Assembly (NCBI GenBank): GCA_964016885.1
Contig: OZ024740.1
Coordinates: forward strand, 248,992,001 to 249,056,000
Length of the DNA stretch: 64,000 nt
Origin: Eledone cirrhosa
Lineage: Eukaryota
Direction of reading: 5' to 3'
The notes beneath the pieces were generated by a model. It ran no database searches, had not been told where the DNA came from, and worked only from the letters and a program-made list of their open reading frames with translations. Of this stretch, positions 47,890 through 60,922 are shown piece by piece (within the stretch, counting starts at the first letter, position 1; each line of letters opens with the position of its first letter). Both the position numbers and the translations under genes were made by a program.

Positions 47890-49000
47890 GTAGTTACAAG
47901 AGGGAAATAAACATGTACTTAAGTTTCATTGGATTCTGGACCCCAACTCATTCAGCCTGTCATTAGAAAAGTAAATATGGTCGCCAGAGGTTGAATTTGG
48001 TTTCCTTTCAGAGTTTAAACAAAGGTAAGTAATTTAGAAATTAGTTTAAAAATTTGTTTTCTAAATTATGAGCAAAGAAGGTAAGATCAAAGGAGGTAAC
48101 TATTGCAAGACCACAATCAAGATTGAGTTAAATTAATTTTTCTCCAGCTGACTCGAAGAATCGCAATTCTTTGATATACAAAAATAGTCGGTAAATCAAC
48201 GTATACTCCTAGACCAGTTTGTCAGGTCTAAGCCATTTACTCAGAATATACTTCATTTCATGAGGACAGCGGCTAAAGCAGTCAAGACGTGTATTCAGAC
48301 AGTGTTTATCTGAAGCTAGTTGTGAGAGTATATTCCATTTTTCCGAGTTACAACGCGACAAAATTTTGTCTCATTAACATAGGCAGTAGATCTTTCTATG
48401 GGAGGGTCATGCTGCTAATAAAAACACATGCATCTATTGGTTTTCACTTCAATTTATCATAAATTTCCTGTTGGTTGGTTTGATAACCGGAAGGTTGTTT
48501 ATATATTGTGAAAGCTCTTTCGTCACACATCGTGACCTCCCCAGTAACTGATTTCTTATTTTGTGTCTCTTCTTTGTTGTCCTACACCATCTTGTTTTTG
48601 TGTGTTGTGTATTAGGTTTGCTCATGTGTTACATCTGGGTGTATGTGTGTTTTTATTCATTTATTCATGTGTTTATTTACTTGTCACTAGTTGGTTGAGA
48701 GTTCTATTTGTGTATGTCTGGTTTGTTTAATTAGTTTAATTAGTTTGAATATTAGTTTGCGTTTCTCTGTATGTCTTCATTTTGTACTTAATTACTAGTT
48801 GTGATGTTGCTATTTCACTCTTGTTTTCTGTTTAATTTTGGTTGGAGTTTGTCTATGTTTATTGCCTCTATAATTTGTCTGAGCATTGCATCTTTTCCGT
48901 CTCCCTATGTTCCATTTTGGCATGTTGGTGGAGTACTGATGAGTTTTTCCCATCCTGGAGTTCTCGCCTGAAAAATTATTAATTTCTAAAGAAAGAAAAT
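47890..49000 (-). mobile_element. Decayed Penelope-like 3' end with hammerhead
   Basis: Reverse translation of ~48250-48360 gives CNSEKWNILSQLASDKHCLNTRLDCFSRCPHEMK (GIY-YIG tail). HHR at 47910-47961. Confidence 0.7.
47910..47961 (-). ncRNA. Hammerhead motif with 1-nt insertion in core (CUGAAUGA)
   Basis: Reverse strand: gacagg-CUGAAUGA-gttgg...ccaat-GAAA-cttaag-UA-catgtt. Confidence 0.55.
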
Positions 49001-49389
49001 CTCAAAAGGGGAGATGTTGTGGTGGACACCCCTTTGGGATTAAAGAAATGGACTCGGCAGACTATTATAAATAAACAACCTTGTCTTGTTGTGAACAGTT
49101 CGGTTAGAGTCTCGTTTGGAAGACTCACGTTTTGTAGTTGGAAGTTATGCCTGAGATAAAATTGTTAGTACCCCCGCATCATAGAAAAAATAACCAGTCC
49201 AAAGGGTTATAAAACCAACCAACTGAAAATTTATAATAAATTGAAGTGAATACCAGCAGGCGCATGTGTTTTTATTGGAAGCAAGACTTTCCCAAAGTAT
49301 AACAATATATGTTTCAATGCATATTTTCAGATAAGAAACCTTGCAAAACAAATTCAAAAACGAAGTACATATATATTTTTGTTTTTCAG

Positions 49390-49536
49390 GTCCCCAACAT
49401 CCCTGGTTAATCCAAGCCTATGCCAAATCAGTAAAATATCCATTTGCCTCAATTCTGGGGCAAGAGATCTTTCAAGGAGGGTTTGTACCGTCTGACACAG
49501 ATTATCAAATTTTCCATAAATTTGGAAATATTCCAG
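49390..49536 (+). CDS. ERMP1: ERMP1-like exon C (147 bp)
   Basis: tttttcag|GT acceptor, G|gttagt donor. Translates (G)PQHPWLIQAYAKSVKYPFASILGQEIFQGGFVPSDTDYQIFHKFGNIP(G), with the PSDTD motif. Confidence 0.95.
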
Positions 49537-50179
49537 GTTAGTTTTCAGTTTTGTATTATGTTGTTTTAATGAATGACTTTGGGAGGTTGTATTTATGTTT
49601 GGGTTGAGAGAGATATGGAGAAGAAAGAGAGACAGTGATACTTTGAAAGATTTAGAGATTGAAAGAGAAAGAGGGGGTAAGGTAGAAAGAGACAGTGACA
49701 CTATAGGAGAAAAAAGAGTGAGCGAATATGAGGGAGATAAGGGTGAAAGAGACAGATAGTGAGCACTGTAAAATGGACTGAGAGAGAAGTGTAATTAGCG
49801 GAAAGAGACAGAATGACACTGAATGAGGGAGAGAGAGATAAGGAGAAAGAGAAACAGGGAGAGAGAAATAAATAGAAGATAGATACACACACATGATAGG
49901 GGAGAGAGAGAAAATGAGAAAGAAAGATAATGAGAAACAGTCAGACATTTTGAAATCATGTTACCTTTGGTAGATATATTTTTAAAAATAAAAATAAAAC
50001 TAACAACAAAACATAAACAATTATTGTTGTGGTGGTGGTGAAGGATTGGCAGAATCGTTAGAGCTTTGGATAAAATATCTTTGCAATAGTTATGGCTCTT
50101 TATGGTCTGAGTTCAAATTACATCGGGTCACATGGGGTTGATATAATTGACTTTCCCTTTCCCTCAAATTGGTGGCCTT

Positions 50180-50480
50180 GAACACTGAGTTCAAAATTTT
50201 GGTGAAGGTGTTAGCAATGAGATTGGCGCTTGTCGTTGGGAGTCTGGTGGGAGAGGCACAGACATGCCCCATTCCAGACAGATCCATCCTTGACAACATC
50301 ACCTCAAGTGATCATGGAGAGGGTGGCTAAGGAATCTGGCACAGGTGGGTCCTGATCAACTTAGATCAATCGAAATCATTCGATAGGATTGATCATCGAT
50401 ACCTTGCAGCAGTCCTTGGGGTAGTTGGCTTTGGGCCCATTTTCAGAGGAATGATCACTGTAATGCACTGCAACATTTGC
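50180..50480 (+). mobile_element. Tx1/L1-like RT fragment
   Basis: Translates KILVKVLAMRL...AQTCPIPDRSILDNI...LINLDQSKSFDRIDHRYL. Confidence 0.7.
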
Positions 50481-50599
50481 TTTCACTATTCTGTGTCTAT
50501 AGACCTGAGTGTTTAGAGATTAGTCTTGTGCAGCAACTAAGATTTCACCAGCATTTCTAAGCCAGGATAGTGAGCCATGCTGATCGATATCATTGTCAG

Positions 50600-52810
50600 A
50601 AAGTCGTTCTGGGAATCTACCATGTAGTGGTTTTGCCTTCCATTCACAGTTTAGTTCCTCTGTTTGGAGTTTCTTTGCTTTGATTTTTCACTGTTATAGC
50701 TAGCTGTGCAGCACTCTGTTGTTGATTTTCTATGGGTATGCCATGTTCAGGTTTTGCCTAAATTTGCTCATCTCTTTTGTTATTGAGTGTAGTTTCTTAA
50801 TTTGTTCATGCTTGAATACAGGCTTAAGAAGTTCATCTCAGGTGTGGTGGAGGTATCAATCCAATCCAATCCAATGGTTGCTGTTTTGTATGTAACTTCC
50901 AGTTGTCGGAGCTCCTGTCCACCTTCTCTCCTTGAGATATACAGCCTATGTACATTGGCTTTTGGGTTTTTTCCATTGTCAATAGTTTTTTCCATTGTCA
51001 ATAGTTTCCTTGTCTTAGTGTCCAACCTTTGTAGTTCTTGCAGGTTCCAGTTTATGATGTTAAAACTCTATGTTACAACTGGTACTGCTGGACTGTTAAT
51101 GGCTTTGAACTTGTTGCAGCAGTTTAGCTCACTTTTTGTTACTAATCTCACTCTCCTTATGTACTCCTTCCGTATCTTTTCCTTCATATTTGCATGCTGG
51201 ATTCCATCTCCTTCAGTAGCTCCAAGATAATTATAGAACTCTTCCTTTATGGTGGTTTGTTGGTCTACGACAATATATTTATGGTTAGAGAGCAACCCTC
51301 TCTTGAATGTGACTTTTGTACACTTGTCCAGTCCAAATTCCATATGGATGTCATCACTGAATTGTTTCCCTGTGTGCAGTAAACCTTCCAGCTGCCCATC
51401 ATTGTGTACAAATAGCTTGATATCATCCATATAAAGAGGGTGACTGTAGTGTCTGTTGTCTATTTTATATCCATAACCTGTCCTCCGCAGTAACTGACTT
51501 AACAGAGCAAGTGACATACAGAACAGCAAAGGGGACAATGAGTTGCCTTGGAATATTCCATGATTAATCTTGGGATCTATCTAGATTCCAGTGGTCTGTT
51601 GTAGTGTTGAAGGACCATCATAGTTTTCCAGTCTGTCATCATTGCCTTCAGGAAAGTTGTGATCTCAGGTGCTATGTGATACATTTCTAGTGATTTTATG
51701 ACCCATGAATGAGGTATGCTGCCAAATGCCTTTTTGTAGTCTATCCACATCATTGACATGTTTTTCCTTTTCTGTTTGCAGTTTTCCATTATGAGTCTAT
51801 TTATCAGTAGCTGATCTTTGCACGCATAACTCCCTCGTTTACAGTGTTTTTGTTCAGGTGGCAATAGATCTTCACAGATGAGGTAATTGTAGACCCTATT
51901 GGTAATCACTGATGTGAGGGCTTTGTACATTGTTGGGAAACATGTAATTGGTCTGTAGTTTTATGGATTTTCTGCGCATTCATTCTTCAGTAGAAGATAT
52001 GATATGCCAGTTGTCTTCCACTTTGGAACCTCTCTTGGGTTTGCTACAATCCTGGAGAATTCAGCAGCCAAGGCTTCATGGAGTACATCCAGATATTTCA
52101 GCCAGAAATTCAGTAAGCCATCTCTACCCAGTTATTTTCACTTTCCAACATTGCTGACTGCTGTTTTTATTTCTTGTGAGGTGATGTTATTCCATTCCTG
52201 GGTGCAAGCAGGGATTTCCAGTTGTTCCAGCCATGTGGCATTGGAGTTGTGGTCTTTTGCTTTTTCCCAGATATTTTCCCAGAAGTGTTCAACCTCATCA
52301 AGCTCAGTTGTTTAAAGAAGTTAGCTCTTTTTTTACATCTTATTAGTCTCTGTGCCTTTGCCTGTATCCTTTGCTTGATTGATTCAGCAATTTCTTTCAA
52401 GTCTACTGTCCGGTTGGCCTTGTATTTCTTCTTCAACCTAGAAAGCTTTTAGGGTGATGTTAGTTCCCTTATCTATTTCAGGTATGAGAGAGACATCTTT
52501 CCTCAACTCTGTAATTTTATTCTCCAGCTGTGTCTGCCATTTCGGTATTCCATTTGTATTTATTTTCCCTGTTTGTATTTTGGGGTGCAGTTTGCCAGCA
52601 ATCACGGCTGCAGTGGCATATAGCAGCTGGTTAATGTCATCAAGTGTAAGTGGTTTTCTGTGTTCGCCTCTGATTACCTCTAGTGCTTTGTTAGCTAGGT
52701 TGACCTTTTTTAGCTAATGCATGACTTTATGCATTATCTGGAGTTTTATCTGGTCTATCAAGCCCTGCATTTTCAGAATCTCCCACTCATGCAGAATATC
52801 TTCCTTCATT
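50600..52810 (-). mobile_element. R4/Dong-like (R2 superfamily) non-LTR retrotransposon, decayed
   Basis: PEQKHCKRGSYACKDQLLI, WIDYKKAFGSIPHSW, GIFQG.SLSPLLF, LYMDDIKLF, MEFGLDKC and RLYISRREGG in ORFs 51577-51930, 51068-51538 and 50780-51025. Confidence 0.85.
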
Positions 52811-53129
52811 GTCCAGACAACAGCCTCAACAGTTGTCAGAAACAGAAAGAAAAAATGAAGACAGCGTCTCTATAATGGAGACAGTTTTTAAGGAAAAACA
52901 AAACCATATTATTTTAAATAATATGGTTTTGAACAATCAAAAGAATAATTGTTTCTACTTTTGGCACAAAGCCAGCAATTATCCCAGTATATTACTGGTA
53001 CTTTATTTTATCGACCCCATAAGGATGAAAGGCAAAGTGAACCATGTCGGGGTTTGAACTCAGACTATAAAGGGGCATAACTCTATGCTGCAAAGCATGG
53101 CGTCCGACCTTCTACCGATACTGCCAGAG

Positions 53130-53830
53130 AGCGAATTCAACATGAAAAACAAAATCAACAACAATAAAAACAATGAAAACAACAGCATTAAAAATGAAAA
53201 CAAAGAACAATGAAAACAACAGCATTAAAAGTGAAAACAAAGAACAATGAAAACAACAGCAATAAAAGTGAAAACATGAACAATAACAGCAGCAACAACA
53301 AATCTACCAACAAATCAACAAATAATGCTAGCACTACCAAATCTTTTGCTAGTGCCATAAAAACTTTTTTTTCGAAAATCACTTTCTCCGAAGAAGTAAA
53401 ACAAGCAAGAAGATTGGTCCAAAAACTGGCTTCATTGTGAACATCAACACACCGCATGAAATGATCCAAAATACGTTGGACTGTAACGTATTGTATTATT
53501 GGATTGAAAATAAAAAAAATAGAGAGAGCCACAGAGGCTAATACCCAGAAGGCTTTAGGTTCTGTATGGAACCAGAAAACTTTTATACAACAAGGCAGAG
53601 CATTTGGTATGGTGGAGGTGAGATTTACTATGGAGGAAGAAGCAAGATGTCACTCCATGAAACCTTTACAGAGTGATGAGATCCTGCTCATTCCGTTCTA
53701 CTGCGGAATGAGACTAATAAGGATTAAAATTTCGCAACTACCGCTGGAAATAGCCATTCCTTGGCTAATAGCTGCAGTCACAGTAAGCATTGAGGAAAAT
53801 TCAAAAATCCTTGAGGTCTACTAAACTAAC
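53130..53830 (+). mobile_element. Probable Tx1/L1 ORF1 fragment
   Basis: N/K-rich leader, KSFASA motif and an RRM-like stretch (ORF 53504-53824). Broken by stops. Confidence 0.45.
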
Positions 53831-53848
53831 AAAGAGAATTGGTCAGGA

Positions 53849-56800
53849 ATCATCATCATCATCATTGTCATCGTTTGACATCCATTTTCCACGCTAGCAT
53901 GGCTAGGACGGGCTATCCCTTTGTGACAGATCAGGTTGGAAAACTGTGAATTGATTTTGGCCTGGTTTCTACTGCTGGATACCCTTCCTAACGCCAACCA
54001 CATTTACAGTGTGTGCTGGGTGCTTTTTGTCATGACACCTATACAACCACATTTACAGTGTGGACTGGGCGCTCTTGTTGTGACACCTATATGACCACCT
54101 GACAGTGTGGACTGGGCGCTTTTGTCGTGACACCTACATGACCACTTTATAGTGTGGGCTGGGCACTTTTGTCGTGGCTTCAGGGGGACTACTTTATGGT
54201 GTGGGTTAGGGACTTGAGTAGGGTGGGGAATTAGGGATGTAGGTATAGGGGTGGGATGATTACAACAAGGGAGGTGTATGGGAGGGGAGATGGTAGGGTT
54301 AGGTGGTGTCTACTAGATATATGACTCAGTTTGAGGATATGGGAGGGCGGGTCTTCTGTAATACTGCATAGTGCCAGATATCACAGTCCTGTGTCATCGC
54401 CTACGTGAGGTGTAAATGTACAAAGTCAGCTCTTATTTCCTCATCCCAAGACTTCCTTAGCCTGCCCACTCCGTGGTTACTGTCAACTTTGAGTGCTCTG
54501 CATCTTTTTATACAGCTGTCGTTCTTCATACACATCACATGTCCATACCAACGCAATCTCCTCTCCTGCACACTGCATCTGATCCCTCTTACGCCTAATT
54601 TCTCTCGCTGTTCATTTATGCTTTGCCATTCATGTATATTGCTATTGCGCATCCATCGAAGCATGGAGGCTTCATTTCTTTCCAATCTTTGCAGGTCCTC
54701 TGCACACTGTGCCCAGGTTTCGCTGCTGTGCAACATTGTTGTTCGCATACATGCATCATACAGTCTGCCTTTCATTTTGAGGGAAAAACCTTTTGTAGTT
54801 AGCAGCGATAGTAGCTCACTAAACTTTCTCCAACCCGATCTCACACTGGTTACTGTGCTTTCGGAACACCCTCATCCACTGCTGATTTGGTCATCCAGGT
54901 AACAGAAATTATCTACCACTTCTACAGAGCCCATTTGAAGGAGATTGTATCCTGAGAATTCTTGCTACTTACTGCCTCTGTGCACCAGCCACATGTAAAA
55001 CCTACGTTCTTTGTTAGCCTGCCTGAGTTCCTGCTACATCTCTTTTGTACCCATAGTTTGCATTTGGGACATTGGAATGGAATTTATACCTACTCTTTTT
55101 CTGCACATTGAGCAGGTCCATTTCCCTGAGAAGATCTGGGTCCTGTTTTCCTTTCTACTTACTAGAACTTTAGTATCTGCCAAGTTGACTTTAAGATCAT
55201 TTGATTCTAGACCATGTTTCCAGGTTTGGAATTTAATCTCTAATTCAGGTATAGATTTGGCTATATGGGTTAGGTCATCTGCATACAGGAGTTCCCATGG
55301 GCAGCCAGTCTTAAAGTCCTCCATTATTGCTAGCAGGATGATAATAAAGAGGAGAGGACTAAGAACTGAGCCCTGATGGACACCAGCCTGCATGCTAAAT
55401 TCTTTGCTATAGTTATTGTTAATTCTGACCTTGCTGACTGTTCTTCTATACATAGCTTGTACTGCCCTCATAAGCCACTCAGCTACTCCTAGTTTTCTAA
55501 GAGCCTACCAGATAATGGAACGGGTACTATGTCAAAAGCTTTCTCCAGGTCTAGAAAAGCCAAGTAGAGGGGTTTACTCTTAGCTAGGTACTTCTCCTGC
55601 AGTTGTTTTACAAGGAAGAGGGCATCTGTGGTACTTTTACCTGGTACAAATCCAAACTGCATCTCATCTAGGTTAACTCGTTCTCTAATGAGCTGAGCTA
55701 TGGCTCTTTCAGTGACCTTCATAACCTGGTCAGCCAACTTCATGCCTCTATAGTTTTCTCTATCTAGAGCATCACCTTTACTCTTATGGCAGTTTATGAT
55801 GATGCTGCTGCACCAGCCATTGGGTATGACACCATTTTGTATAACTTGGTTTATAATGCAAGAGACTATGGTGTGGCCTATCATTCCTGATGCTCTCAGC
55901 ATCTCGAAAACTATCCCTGAGGGGCCACCTGCCCTGCCTGACTTCATATCCTTGATTGCCTTACTGCTGACTCATACAGCCAGTCCCTCTGTTGGGTCGA
56001 CATAGGGCAAACTATTTTCTTCCCATGCATTCTCCTCATTCAATTATCTTTCATAGCGGCACTTCCATATTACCCTCTTTTCAGTGTCAGTGAGGGCAAG
56101 TTTGCCAAAATCATATCAGACTCACTTCTCCCCACTGACATCATAATTTTCCCTGACACTCTATCTTGCTATACTGAACACCCCACGCCTTTGATCCTCA
56201 CGCTGCAAAACATGCTTGAATTTTTTTGTTTTTTGCTCCCTTCTTGCAAGGTATACATTCTTGTTGGTTAGCTTCTCTCTTAGACTTCTGGTAGACTTCT
56301 CTGCTACCTCCATTTCGCCAATCCTTCCAGGCCTGTTTTTTGGCCTTAATTATCTCGTCTACTTTACTATTCAACTACCAAGTCACTCTCCATCTCCCTA
56401 GAGACCTACTCCAACCACAGATTTCATCTGTCGCTTTCAATAGGTTTTCTTAGCTTCCATATTCTCCTCCAGGTTGTCTCCTGTTGCCAGGTTTTAGCCC
56501 TAGCTATAAGGTCGCTAACTACTAAGTTAGGTTCGGAGGTGCATTCTTCACTGGGGAGGGACTTGTGTTCACAACAGTCACTCTGTCTCGTCTTCAGGTA
56601 AGAATGAAATCTATTTGGCTGGCATGCTTACCTGATCTGTAGGTGATTAAGTGGTTGTCTCATATTTTGAAGTTCATCTTACAGATAAATAGGTCATTTG
56701 CATCGCAGAATTCCAAGAGTCTGAACCCTTTGTTTCTAGTGCTAAATCCGTAACCCCTGTGGATCCCCTCGAAGCCCTTGTAGTGTTGCCCAACAAGCCC

Positions 56801-57060
56801 ATTAAAGTCACCTGCAAAGACTATGATGTTGCTGTCATTTATTTGGAAGGTTGTGTGCATTAGGGACTCATAAAACATGTCTTTTAGTATGTCTGGCAGT
56901 CCAAATCAAGGTGCTCTATTTAGGACAAGTCTAAGTTTAATTATTCTGTCATTTACAGCAATTGCAATTACTTTGTTTACCCATTTTTCTGCTACCAAAA
57001 TCCCTACTTCACCTAGCACGTCTTTATTTCCCACACAGAAAATTTTGTAGGAGGTTGAAA
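53849..57060 (-). mobile_element. Old, near full-length RTE copy
   Basis: APE (56660-57094), RT (55489-55947, 55034-55471) and C-terminal (54401-54844) fragments. 3' UTR with ~40-bp subrepeats and (cat)n. Confidence 0.9.
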
Positions 57061-57062
57061 TC

Positions 57063-57893
57063 GTTGTCGTCATCATCATCATCATCATCATCATCGTTTA
57101 ACGTCTATCTTCCTCGCTAGCATGGGTTTAAACGGGAATTGTCCCACTTAAGGCAAAATTGGTTGTCTTGCTCATATAGGACTGTCTGGCAGGTTTTCTA
57201 CGGCTGGATGCCCTTCCTAACACCAACCACGTTTACAGTGTGGACTGGGAGGTTTTTACCGTGTTACCTACACGGCCACATTACAGCGTGGACTGTGTGT
57301 TTTTTTGTCATGACACCTACATGACCTCATTTGTTTAGGACTGGATGTTGTGGAACCAACATAACTTTACAGAGAAAGGGGTGGTGTTGATGGGGGTGGG
57401 GTGGGGGAGTTGGGGTAGTGGGATGGGGGTGTTTATTTGATTAAGAGGTGCCTACTGACTGTAGGTTTCGCTTTGTACTTGGGCAAGGCGGGTTTTCTGT
57501 ATTACTGCATGGCGCCAAAGATCTCGGTCCAGTGACATTGTCTTAGAGAGGTGCAAGTGTGTAAGGTTGGAATTTATCAAATCGTCCCAGGTTTTTCTGG
57601 GTCTGCCTACTCCATAACTTCCGTCAATTTTGATCGCCCTGCACTTTTTTATACAGGTATGTATAAAATTTTTATATTGGTATGGTCATGCGCATCACAT
57701 GACCATACCAATGTAGTCTTCTCTCAAGTAAACAGCATCTGATCCTTCTTATACCTAATTTCTCACTTGGTTCATTTATGCTTTGCTGTTCACATATTAC
57801 TATTACACATCCAGCGGAGTATGCATTCTTCGTTCCTCTCCAGTCTGTGCAGATCCTCTGCACACAATGCCCATGTCTCACTGCCATGTAACA
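57063..57893 (-). mobile_element. RTE family A-like 3' fragment
   Basis: Homologous to 17770-18505 and 980-1890. (cat)n tail. Confidence 0.88.
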
Positions 57894-58199
57894 TGTAGCC
57901 GAGGCGGTAGTTTTGTGAAAGAGATTGGTAAGAGAAACATATTATAAGCCGCTGAATTATGATTGGACCAACTAATAATGGTGGTAAGTGAGGTGGGGAT
58001 CTGGGAGCGGTAGCGAGAAGATTATTTTATAATATAATCCTAGAAATTCGGCCATAATTAAACGAGCATATAACAGTAATCAGAGTTTAAATACAAGTAG
58101 AAGATTGTTTTCGAGGGTCTGACAGAATTATGGGAGTTTAAAATACAAGAAGAAAGGAATATAGACTCCATCCCTGAATAAATACATCTTCTAGGTAGT

Positions 58200-60365
58200 A
58201 TAATCTTACCAGTTTGTGTAGAAGGGAGAAAAGCAAGATGTCATATCTGTCTTTCACAAACCACTTAAGAGCTTTCTGCACTTCACTAAAAGGAAGGGTA
58301 AAAAAACCTCTCCCCTCCTACCAACACCAAAAACATCACCAACAACAATTACCACCAAAACCCAAAATCAAGAAAAGCAACAGCAAAAAAATGAAATAAA
58401 ACAGCAACACCAGTACCACCAAGACCAACACTAACAGAACCAACACCAACACCCATCGAGGACATGCCACTGCCCGACATCACACAGTCAGACTTAAATT
58501 CTTACGAGGTCAAGGAATGGTAAACATCCTGCCCCAAAAAGAAAAAAAAAACTCCTCATTTTAGCCCTAAAAATAAAGTGGGAGAAAGAAACAAAAATAT
58601 ATTAAAATCTACATATCCACCACCACAAGTAGCTACACTGCCAACTCCACTACCATTAACACCACAACAGTCAACACACAGACTAACAACATCCCAAGCA
58701 AAACCTAACACACCCCTGCAACAACAAAAAGATACAAACATCACACACTACACAACAATTGACTCGAACAATATAAAGCTTTTAAATTACTTACACCACA
58801 ACACCACAATCACACAAAAAGATTTCGTAAAACAAGAAAAAAAAATAGCAATACCCAGAAACATACAAATAATATAAATAACGCAAAACACATACACACA
58901 TTTAAAAACAAAATTCCCAGAGTCGACATTTCGGCTTTTGAATCCCACCCCCAAAACCTCCTGAAGGATGGAAATACTGTTCTTCCTCTCCAAAATCAGG
59001 AAAAGTTGGTGGGCCTGTAACTCGGCACATGGAGGGGCAGGTCCATCCCACCCATCAGTGTTGTTGGATGCTGGACAGAGACAGATGGACTGGTTAAATT
59101 GCTTGGGGTTTGGTTTGGTCCTGATTTTCAGATGGACAGAAACTGGGACAAGGTAACAAACAGACTGACCAATCTCACCCAGAAATGGGCTGAGAGAAAG
59201 CTGTTCCTGCTGTCAACAATCGCTGCATGCAGCACAGGGACTGCTGTGGCTGATGACGCGCAGCTATGCACTGAGGCTATGACATCGCCATCTTTTCCTT
59301 AACGTTGAACAGGAGTGGTTGCCGTTCACCAGATGCATGTGCCCCCAGCTCGTATCCATAATGGAGCTGTAGTCATGGGTCAAGCGGCGACTGAGGGAGA
59401 GCGCTTGGAAACTGGAATGTCTTCAGGTGCTTACAGCTCTCTGCCAATCAGGCAATATGATTGGTGGAAATTCTATCTTGGCATTCTATAGAAGGTTAGT
59501 GGTGGATAACAGCATTGATTTTCTTGGGGAAACTCTAGATATTGACGAAAATCAACTAGCCACTCTTTTCAGGATGACTTTCAGTCCAGGGCCCATGAAT
59601 AATTCCCCAAAATCCCTGGCCTGGCCTTGCGACCGAGGAGATTTGCCAGTTCAAGCTAAACTCTACAGGCATGGAAGTGCTGTCAGCTGGACTTGTCCAA
59701 GATGCGCACAGTGCGACGAAACTGTCCCTCACACAATCGTCCTCTGTCCAAGCATTGCTGACTTATGTTGAACATCTGCTGCCACATGTCGGAGAAAACT
59801 GGTTATCAACCAAGTCCATTGTGAAGATTGTCCTGCCACCTTCCTTTAGTCAAGAAGGGTAGGCTGTTTTGATCTGTCTTGTGGCCATGGCAAAAGAGGC
59901 TGTATGGTAGACATGCTTGAAAGGGTTGAAGATGAGCTCTTTCTTCTTTGGCGAAGCCCTGATTAACTTCTTCAGGTTTCACTTGAAGACGAAAATCAGA
60001 GCAGGAGGTGAAGTGCTGCCTTCAAAGCAATTTGTAGAAAGATGGGTGAAAGAGGGAAATATGGACTGAATGAATGGGCCTGCTCTAAGTGTAAACATAT
60101 AGATTGGAAGAGAACAACTGGGACAGGGCACTTACCCTAGAGATCAGGACACCCTTGGTTTTAAGGGGGCAGGGTTTCCATGAGTGACCCTCGAACGTCT
60201 CCTTCCTATTGAGGAACCTCCTTTGTTTTAATTTTATTGTTTTCTTCCTTTATTTTTTAGCATTGTTATAATTTGTTTACACGCAAGACCCACACACTAA
60301 TACACACATTCTATGTTTTCGTCCTGTGCTGTCATAATGTTGTTCTTGATGTAAACCCTTTGCTT
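58200..60365 (+). mobile_element. Fragmented Tx1/L1-like LINE (ORF1-like low-complexity part, ORF2 C-terminus, 3' UTR)
   Basis: LGVWFGPD...NWDKV and CPRCAQCDETVPHTIVLCP (zinc knuckle). Homologous to 3870-4552. Confidence 0.7.
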
Positions 60366-60433
60366 CAACACACTGAATGTACACATGTATATGTGCTACT
60401 ACTTACACACTCAAGCAAACGGCCAGACATAGA

Positions 60434-60922
60434 ATGCATAACAACATAGAGTGCATAACATAGAGTACATAACAACATAGAGTACATAACAACATAGAGT
60501 ACATAACAACATAGAGTACATAACAACATAGAGTGCATAACAACATAGAGTACATAACAACATAGAGTACATAACAACATAGAGTACATAACAACATAGA
60601 GTACATAACAACATAGAGTACATAACAACATAGAGTACATAATAACATAGAGTACATAACAACATAGAGTACATAGCAACATAGAGTACATAACAACATA
60701 GAGTGCATAACAACATAGAGTACATAACAACATAGAGTACATAACAACATAGAGTGCATAACAACATAGAGTGCATAACAACATAGAGTACATAACAACA
60801 TAGAGTGCATAACAACATAGAGTGCATAACAACATAGAGTACATAACAACATAGAGTGCATAACAGCATAGAGTGCATAACAACATAGAGTACATAACAA
60901 CATAGAGTGCATAACAGCATAG
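60434..60922. repeat. 17-bp minisatellite (cataacaacatagagt[a/g]), ~29 units
   Basis: Direct reading. Explains the ORFs 60365-60974 in all three minus frames. Confidence 0.97.
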
